Below are positions 57,823 through 64,000 of a stretch of 64,000 nt of DNA, piece by piece. Made by a program: the position numbers and the translations under genes. Source of the DNA: a bacterium (GTDB lineage Bacteria; Pseudomonadota; Alphaproteobacteria; Rs-D84; CACZYB01); the NCBI GenBank assembly GCA_014803575.1, contig JAAVBO010000003.1, forward strand, positions 87,165 to 151,164, written 5' to 3'. Under the pieces are notes generated by a model. It ran no database searches, was not told where the DNA came from, and saw only the letters and a program-made list of their open reading frames with translations. The stretch's first letter is position 1; each line of letters begins with the position of its first letter.

Positions 57823-58554
57823 TTACCCTTTGAAATTTTCGTATTGTTGGAGTAGTTTTTGTGGTATTTTTACCTCGTAAATACCACTTTTTTCTAAATT
57901 TCTTAATTCAAAACCTGCATAGCTTATACGGATAAGTTTGTTTACTTCGTAGCCGAGTGAAGATAGAGTTTTTCTTATTTCTCTGTTTTTTCCTTCTATT
58001 AATTTTACGGTTAGCCAAGAATTTGATGATAATACTTTATCGACCTTTACATCAATTTTTTTATATTTTATGCCGTCGACTGTTATTCCGTTTTTAAGTT
58101 TCAGTATGTCATCTTTTGATGGTGTGCCGTGGACACGGACTTTGTAAATGCGTTCAAATTCGTTTTTTGGACTTTCCATAAATCGTTGAAATTCACCGTC
58201 ATTTGTAAGAAGAAGTAAGCCTTCGGAATTTAAATCTAATCTTCCGATTGAAAGAAGTTTGCCGTATTTATTTCCTATATCATCAAAGATAGTTTTGCGA
58301 CCGTTTTCGTCATTGTGGCTTGTGATAAGTCCGGCTGGTTTATGATAGATGTAAAGTTTTGTATCTTCGCGTTTTGAAAGAGGTTGACCGTTTACTGAAA
58401 TTATATCATCGTATGAAACATTAAGTGCAGGGGAATCTATAATATGTCCGTTTACAGATACCTCGCCATTAAAAATTTTTTGTTCTGCAACGCGTCTTGA
58501 ACAAAGACCGCTTTCAGATATGATTTTGGCTACTCTGTTTTTTTCTTTTCGCAT
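57823..58554 (-). CDS. rRNA pseudouridine synthase (RsuA/RluB family)
   Basis: S4 domain N-terminus (GLCSRRVAEQKIFNGEVSVNG) and the catalytic motif SIGRLDLNSEGLLLLTNDG. Confidence 0.85.
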   Translation of the reverse strand: MRKEKNRVAKIISESGLCSRRVAEQKIFNGEVSVNGHIIDSPALNVSYDDIISVNGQPLSKREDTKLYIYHKPAGLITSHNDENGRKTIFDDIGNKYGKLLSIGRLDLNSEGLLLLTNDGEFQRFMESPKNEFERIYKVRVHGTPSKDDILKLKNGITVDGIKYKKIDVKVDKVLSSNSWLTVKLIEGKNREIRKTLSSLGYEVNKLIRISYAGFELRNLEKSGIYEVKIPQKLLQQYENFKG

Positions 58555-59869
58555 TTTTTTCTATTGTCAAAAATTCTTTTAAAAAAATTCTATCATTGTT
58601 TTTATTTATTTTAAAGGATTTTTTTATTTCTTTTATATAATGTTTTTTAAGTTTGACAACTGATAGGGTCCAAAGTATGGCAAATATCAATCCAAATAAA
58701 GGTATATGGTAGTTTATAAATTCTGATTGCGGTAGGGTTTTTTGTATGATTAAAATTGAAATGCCTGCTAAAACTCCACCAAGTGGGTTTATAACTCCTT
58801 CTAAAAGTGTGCGGATTTTTGCCCTTACTTTTGATGAAATTATATTGAATGACATATTAATGGAGTTTGCTTGTATTGACATACCTATGAAGTCCTGTAA
58901 AAATTCGGTAAGTATTATTGCCCAAAATTGCGGATATATTATTATCAAACTTAGTCCTATTACCTGAGAAACAGGGAGATAAAATAGTCCGTTTATTATT
59001 CCTATTTTCTTTATTACGATAGGGGAAATTACAAATTGCATTGCGAGTGCGGAAAATTGTATAATCATAGTAAATAATCCTATGAATGAGGCGATTTTTT
59101 CGGGGTTGTCGTATCTTATTACCAAAAATTGTGAGTAATAAAAATAGGTTAGGGTGTTTACCAGCCAGAATGAAATGAAAACTATGCTTAAATATTTTAA
59201 AAATGAAGAGGCAAAGTAGTGTTTTGCACCGTCCTTAAAATTATTTATTAAAGTTTTAAGTTGTTTTTTGCCCACTTCGTCATCGTAATTATTTTTTATT
59301 AGGGAAATTAGGATATATGAAATTACAATTGTGATTATCCATATTGCGATTAGGTAAATGTTGGAAAAGTATTTTGGGATTATGTTGGCTATCATTCCTC
59401 CGCTTATGGAAGCTATGATGTTTGCACTACATAAAACAGGATATATTTTTGATGCCTTTGATGGTTCGACATTTTCATTTATCAATGCCCAAAGTTGTAT
59501 TGAAAATATTGATGGGATTGATACTATTATTATACTTAATATAAGAAGTGTTGAAAAAAGTGTGGTTTTATTAAACATATTATGATTTTCTATTACAAGT
59601 ATTTCTATTATCAAAAAAATAATAAATATTATTTGTGAAAATTTTATAATGGTTTGTTTTTTGAATATATCGGAAAAGAAAGCAGATATTATATTTATAA
59701 AGAAAGAGCCAAGGGCAGAAAATATAAAGTAATATGGAAGTGTGTTTGCATCGGATTTTGCAATTAAAAAAGAATATACCCCAGCCCAACCTGCGGTATA
59801 TCCCAATTGAAGCAATAACAAAATTGCAAAGAATATAATGTTTTTTGTATCTTTTATGAAACTATACAT
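58514..59869 (-). CDS. Multi-TM membrane transporter (MFS-like)
   Basis: About 12 hydrophobic segments. The likely start is MYSFIKD at 59869, overlapping the upstream gene's stop by 1 nt (TAATG). Confidence 0.4.
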   Translation of the reverse strand: MYSFIKDTKNIIFFAILLLLQLGYTAGWAGVYSFLIAKSDANTLPYYFIFSALGSFFINIISAFFSDIFKKQTIIKFSQIIFIIFLIIEILVIENHNMFNKTTLFSTLLILSIIIVSIPSIFSIQLWALINENVEPSKASKIYPVLCSANIIASISGGMIANIIPKYFSNIYLIAIWIITIVISYILISLIKNNYDDEVGKKQLKTLINNFKDGAKHYFASSFLKYLSIVFISFWLVNTLTYFYYSQFLVIRYDNPEKIASFIGLFTMIIQFSALAMQFVISPIVIKKIGIINGLFYLPVSQVIGLSLIIIYPQFWAIILTEFLQDFIGMSIQANSINMSFNIISSKVRAKIRTLLEGVINPLGGVLAGISILIIQKTLPQSEFINYHIPLFGLIFAILWTLSVVKLKKHYIKEIKKSFKINKNNDRIFLKEFLTIEKNAKRKKQSSQNHI

Positions 59870-62514
59870 TATTTTACCTGTATATATTTTGTTATTTTGT
59901 TCAGGGTGGCTTTTGTATCCATTGGTAATCTTTCCACAATAGGGAATTTGCCTTCCGGTGGAAGGTCGCCCCATTTACCGCCGGCAGACCAGACTATTGA
60001 TGCAACATTATAGTTTTCCCCAGGAACTAGTGTTTTTGGAACTACTATGTAAATATAGTTATTATCAACAAATTTTATTAATGATAAAGAGTTATCTATT
60101 CCCAAAGGTCTTTCCGGTGTGATATTATTGACTAAGTAGAAAGAATTTACATGTCGTTCGTAATTAATCATAGTGCTTATTGGTTTTTCGGAAAGTATTT
60201 GCGGAAGTTTCCAAACCGAAAGTTCGTTTATTCCGTTTGCATATTCGTTGTTATTAAAAAGAATTGAAAAGTCAATGCCTGAATTTTTATCCATAATATA
60301 ATTATCATTTTTAATTCTTATGTAGATAAGGTTTTCATCTTGACCTATACCCAATTCTTTTAATTGTTTGTTGGAAGATGACTTTGTTGTGGAAGTTATC
60401 TTCTTGTTTATGTATTTGGATATAGATTTTTCCGTTAATAGTTTAAATTTTATGTTTGATTGTTTTAAGTGCAGATGTGTTATATCTTTTTGTATAGGTA
60501 AAATTAAATCATCTTTTAATCTGTTAGTGTTTATTTTACCTGTATATAATAGATGATATAAGATATTTTCCGGAATGTCAAAACTCATTTCATCGTTTGT
60601 GATTTTGCTGTATCCGTTTATTGTTATTTGACCTTGGTTTTTAGGAATATAAAGTAGAGAATTTTCTTTGTAAATATTTATAACATTATTTTCATCAGAA
60701 ATATTTTCCACTGTATCAAATATATCTTTGCTGTAATTATATTTTATACTTCTTTCTTTGAAATTAGGAAGTTGATTAAATAATTTGCTGAATTTGGAAA
60801 AATCGTTATCTTTGAAATAAAATACGGTCGTTGCAAATGAAGGTAATTTTTCAAAGTTCAAAACTCCGTTTTCAATTTTTACTTTTATATCTTTATCGCT
60901 TGTAAATATTTGTTTTATATTATCATTTTCTATGTATTGTTTTAAATTTAGTTTGAAATATTTGTATTCATCGGAAAGATTGGATACAACTATTGCATAT
61001 TCGTTTCCATTATTTAATAAGTAAGTATATATTTTGTTATCAAAGAATGGTATTTGAGCCATTTCGCCCTTGAAAAATAATTGAGCATAATCATTTTTAA
61101 GTTTGATAAGTTTTTTGTAATAGGAAAGAACAGAATTTTTATCATTTTGTTGTTGTGCCACATTATGCAAATCGTAATCTTCTGATATTGGCATTAATGT
61201 TTTATCGGCAGAGGAAAAGCCACCATTTTTCTTGTTATTCCATGCCATGGTATGTGAAGGTGAATGTAACCAGAAGTCAGGTCTGTTTGCATTTAAAATT
61301 CCAGCAAGTCCTATTTCATCACCGAAATAGATTTTTGGCTGAACCGGAGTAAGTAAAAGTATTGATGCGATTAATTTTAATTCCGCAGGAGTTGGATTTA
61401 TAAATCGTGAAGAAATTCTTGCTCCGTCGTGGTCGCTGTTGTAAAAGACTCTGTCTTGTAATTTATTTACTTGATATTTTATAGGATTTATGAATGTAGA
61501 GGCAATGAAGTCACTTGTTAAATAGTCCTTTAAATATACTCTTTGGTATGGCCAAAATTCATCTGTCATAGTGTTTCCCAACATAACATCAAAACTTTGT
61601 CTGTCTTGTTCCTTATATGGTATATTATAAGGTATAGGAATACTTTCCGCAATAAGGGCTTTGTTGGGTCCGTATTTTTCCATCATATGAGCTTTCATTT
61701 TTCTCCAAAACTCAAAGTTTTGCGGTTGGTGGAATTGTAATTCTTCACCCGGTCCGTTTATGAATAAATGTTTTGTCGCGTCAACGCGAAAACCGTCAAC
61801 GCCAATGTCTAACCAAAAGTCCATAACACTTAGAATGTATTCTTGAACTTCCGGATTATAAAATTGTAAGAAAGGAGATTCTCCCCATAAAGAATAGTAA
61901 TATATTCCATTAGGTAGTTTATTCCATGCTTTTGATGTGAATTGTCCGGGGTAATCGTTAAAGTTCATCCATGGACCTTCAATAGGGGTTTCGTTTACTA
62001 TAATCCAATCTTTATATTTACTTGTATCAGGATTTGCAAGAATGTCCTTGAATATAAAGTTTTCAACGGAAATTACTGTGGTTACGAAATCTATTACTAT
62101 ATGAATATTGCGTTTGTGTGCTTCTTTTAACAGGCGTTTGAAATCGTCAAATGTTCCTAAATCTGGATTGATGGATTTCAAATCCTTTACTTCATATCCA
62201 TAGTTGGATCTAAGTCTGTTCGGATCAGAAAGAGAATCTGCAATTGGCATTAAATATATTGTGTTTACACCCAAATCTTTTATATAATCAAGTTTTTCTG
62301 TGATACCGTTAAAATCGCCTATACCGTCGCCGTCACTATCCTTGAATGCCTTTGGAAGGATATGATATATTACCATTTTATCATACCATTCGTAGTTATG
62401 TTCGTTATTATCTGTTGTATTTGTTATTTTGTGTGTAGGAATGAATGTCAGTAATGAAAGTGTGATTAAAATTAAAATAATTATTAGCCAGATGTATAGT
62501 TTTTTATTTTTCAT
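59869..62514 (-). CDS. GH13 alpha-amylase-family glycoside hydrolase with C-terminal extension domains
   Basis: DGDGIGDFNGI and GVDGFRVDATKH (catalytic Asp region), FGDEIG, and an N-terminal TM/signal sequence. The start is taken as MKNKKLYIW. Confidence 0.8.
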   Translation of the reverse strand: MKNKKLYIWLIIILILITLSLLTFIPTHKITNTTDNNEHNYEWYDKMVIYHILPKAFKDSDGDGIGDFNGITEKLDYIKDLGVNTIYLMPIADSLSDPNRLRSNYGYEVKDLKSINPDLGTFDDFKRLLKEAHKRNIHIVIDFVTTVISVENFIFKDILANPDTSKYKDWIIVNETPIEGPWMNFNDYPGQFTSKAWNKLPNGIYYYSLWGESPFLQFYNPEVQEYILSVMDFWLDIGVDGFRVDATKHLFINGPGEELQFHQPQNFEFWRKMKAHMMEKYGPNKALIAESIPIPYNIPYKEQDRQSFDVMLGNTMTDEFWPYQRVYLKDYLTSDFIASTFINPIKYQVNKLQDRVFYNSDHDGARISSRFINPTPAELKLIASILLLTPVQPKIYFGDEIGLAGILNANRPDFWLHSPSHTMAWNNKKNGGFSSADKTLMPISEDYDLHNVAQQQNDKNSVLSYYKKLIKLKNDYAQLFFKGEMAQIPFFDNKIYTYLLNNGNEYAIVVSNLSDEYKYFKLNLKQYIENDNIKQIFTSDKDIKVKIENGVLNFEKLPSFATTVFYFKDNDFSKFSKLFNQLPNFKERSIKYNYSKDIFDTVENISDENNVINIYKENSLLYIPKNQGQITINGYSKITNDEMSFDIPENILYHLLYTGKINTNRLKDDLILPIQKDITHLHLKQSNIKFKLLTEKSISKYINKKITSTTKSSSNKQLKELGIGQDENLIYIRIKNDNYIMDKNSGIDFSILFNNNEYANGINELSVWKLPQILSEKPISTMINYERHVNSFYLVNNITPERPLGIDNSLSLIKFVDNNYIYIVVPKTLVPGENYNVASIVWSAGGKWGDLPPEGKFPIVERLPMDTKATLNKITKYIQVK

Positions 62515-62572
62515 AATGTCCTCTCCTTTAATTTTTACTATAATAACTACTTTAAGAATATTTTCAATAAAA

Positions 62573-63607
62573 TTATGTTTTTTTGTTTGCAAATGCGCAA
62601 ATGTTAAAAAGTATTTGTGAAAGAATTATTTCTGCCGGAGAATTTGTTGTTTTGCACATAATTTCTGCTTCGTTAAGTTTGGAAATAATTTTTATGATTT
62701 TATCCGTATTCCAAAACTTTAATTGTCTTTCGTAACTGGGTTTAAGTTTGAAAAATATTGGTGGTTTTGAATTTTCAATTACGGTAGAAATGGTTTGACC
62801 CTTTTCAACTTCACCAGCCATAAAGTAAAGATTTTTGAAGTGATATAAAACTGTTCGTAAAAGTTGTATGGGGTAAATTCCTTCGTTTAAAAGTCGGTTT
62901 AAAACAGATGAAAGTTTTTTATTGTTGCCTTCTGCAACTGACATGGGAAGGTCTGACATATTAAGGACGGAGGAGTCCATAATGCAGTTTATTGCATCAT
63001 CCAAGGTGATAAAATCTTTGCCATATAAGTATAGGCAGAGTTTTTCAAGCTCCATCCTTGTGGTTGCTCTGTTTTCACCAAAATTTTCACGAAGATACAG
63101 TAAAACTTCATCGGGAATTTTTTTTATACCATTTTTTACCAAAGTTTGACGGATAAGGTTTGAAAGATTTTCACCGTCGTCAGTATAGCTTGGAAGTGAA
63201 GCAAGTTTTGGATTGGTTTCAAAAAGTATGCGAAGTTTTGAAGATGGAGGAAGTTCGTCTGCGGACATTATTATGAATGCTTCCAGTTTATCGGTGGATT
63301 TAAGTAAATCCTTTAATGTATCGGCAATATCGTTTGTAGCATCTTTTATTTTTATAACTTTGCGAGATGAAAGGAAGGAAATTGTTGTTGCTTCGTCAAC
63401 AAGTTTTGACGGGTCGTCTTTTATTTCTTCTGCTTTGAATTCAAAAACAGAAAATCCGTCCTCGCTGTCGGGTGCGATTGCGTCAGATGTGGTATTAAAA
63501 TTTTCCAATACTTGTCCTCTGTCCGGTCCGTAAAAAAGAATACCGGATAAATTGGAAAATTTATTTTTCAGTGCGGTGTTAAAATCGTTTTGTTTAAATT
63601 TTGCCAT
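62573..63607 (-). CDS. holA: DNA polymerase III delta subunit
   Basis: About 340 aa with LFYGPDRGQVLE N-terminus and the overall HolA pattern. It sits downstream of an lptE-like ORF, as in proteobacterial synteny. Confidence 0.7.
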   Translation of the reverse strand: MAKFKQNDFNTALKNKFSNLSGILFYGPDRGQVLENFNTTSDAIAPDSEDGFSVFEFKAEEIKDDPSKLVDEATTISFLSSRKVIKIKDATNDIADTLKDLLKSTDKLEAFIIMSADELPPSSKLRILFETNPKLASLPSYTDDGENLSNLIRQTLVKNGIKKIPDEVLLYLRENFGENRATTRMELEKLCLYLYGKDFITLDDAINCIMDSSVLNMSDLPMSVAEGNNKKLSSVLNRLLNEGIYPIQLLRTVLYHFKNLYFMAGEVEKGQTISTVIENSKPPIFFKLKPSYERQLKFWNTDKIIKIISKLNEAEIMCKTTNSPAEIILSQILFNICAFANKKT

Positions 63608-64000
63608 TTGCTTTTTCTGTAAAATAAATGATTATTGAAAAATAAATTTGTTCTGCAATGTCGTTTATTGCCAATTTTATTGCATTATTTTTTAACATTT
63701 CCGTTGAAAATTGATCTTTCAAAATGTTATATGAAATTTGCGAATTTGCATTTTTTGAAAGGACGGCATTATGGTTTTTATTTGTAAGTGTGTAAGTTGC
63801 ATTCATTGTAATTAAGTAAGATGATGCAATACCATCGTTTTTAATTGTATAATCTGTAATTTTTGGTTGAGAAAGAGTTATGTTTAGATAGTATTTTGGG
63901 TTTTCCGGTTTACCGTCCGGGGTAAGTTTGTTTAAAAGGGTATTTCTTAAATCAATTCCTCTTGCACCATCGAAATCTTTTACAGGAGCTATTGCAATTT
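63594..64000 (-). CDS. Probable LptE-like lipoprotein gene, 5' end beyond the window
   Basis: The minus-strand frame stays open from 63594 to the window edge with no stop. The position upstream of holA suggests lptE. Sequence similarity itself is weak. Confidence 0.3.
   Translation of the reverse strand, partial: IAIAPVKDFDGARGIDLRNTLLNKLTPDGKPENPKYYLNITLSQPKITDYTIKNDGIASSYLITMNATYTLTNKNHNAVLSKNANSQISYNILKDQFSTEMLKNNAIKLAINDIAEQIYFSIIIYFTEKANGKI

Overview
This is a 64-kb chromosomal window from a very AT-rich Gram-negative (diderm) bacterium, roughly 25-30% GC by eye. The gene content looks proteobacterial: hda, an lptE-like gene upstream of holA, TolC, type IV pilin and a Slam-like outer-membrane protein are all present. 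The housekeeping genes are uvrC, polA, tgt, efp, holA, pgsA, tsaC/yrdC, hda, mltG, a low-molecular-weight phosphotyrosine phosphatase, an rRNA pseudouridine synthase, and tRNA-Lys(CTT), tRNA-Lys(TTT) and tRNA-Arg(ACG). The accessory content is as follows. (1) A surface-glycan locus at 9.0-14.5 kb, with GT2, UDP-GlcA decarboxylase, UDP-Glc dehydrogenase and a GT2-GT8 fusion. It is preceded by a 9-C homopolymer and a promoter bracketed by 14-bp inverted repeats. (2) The most interesting block is at 24.1-36.5 kb. A TPR plus beta-barrel outer-membrane protein resembling Slam (DUF560) sits next to four tandem paralogous lipoproteins. These have near-identical lipobox N-termini and TbpB-like C-termini ending in ...FGAKR(K/Q). 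A MacAB-TolC-type tripartite efflux operon lies immediately upstream on the same strand. The lipoprotein and Slam genes are separated by three copies of a ~120-bp module. Each module carries a TTGACA-N17-TAAATT promoter flanked by 16-bp inverted-repeat arms that show compensatory changes. One copy is inverted relative to the other two, so the element looks like a site-specific invertible promoter switch (phase variation). A Hin/Gin-type serine invertase gene lies 9 kb further on. (3) A ~5.7-kb island is integrated at tRNA-Lys(TTT), flanked by 44-bp direct repeats. It carries an AbiL-like ATPase/RloB pair, an orphan DinJ antitoxin, two decayed HNH nuclease genes and a TpsB remnant. It is followed by a phage-type lysis cassette (holin-like, spanin-like, GH24 endolysin) and a lysozyme-domain protein paired with a DUF1311/LprI-like protein. 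(4) At the left end is a small ~2.5-kb element bounded by 23-nt repeats, with an HUH Rep-like gene and a DUF3768-like gene. No CRISPR arrays or rRNA genes are present. All calls are from reading the sequence and ORF translations; no searches were run.
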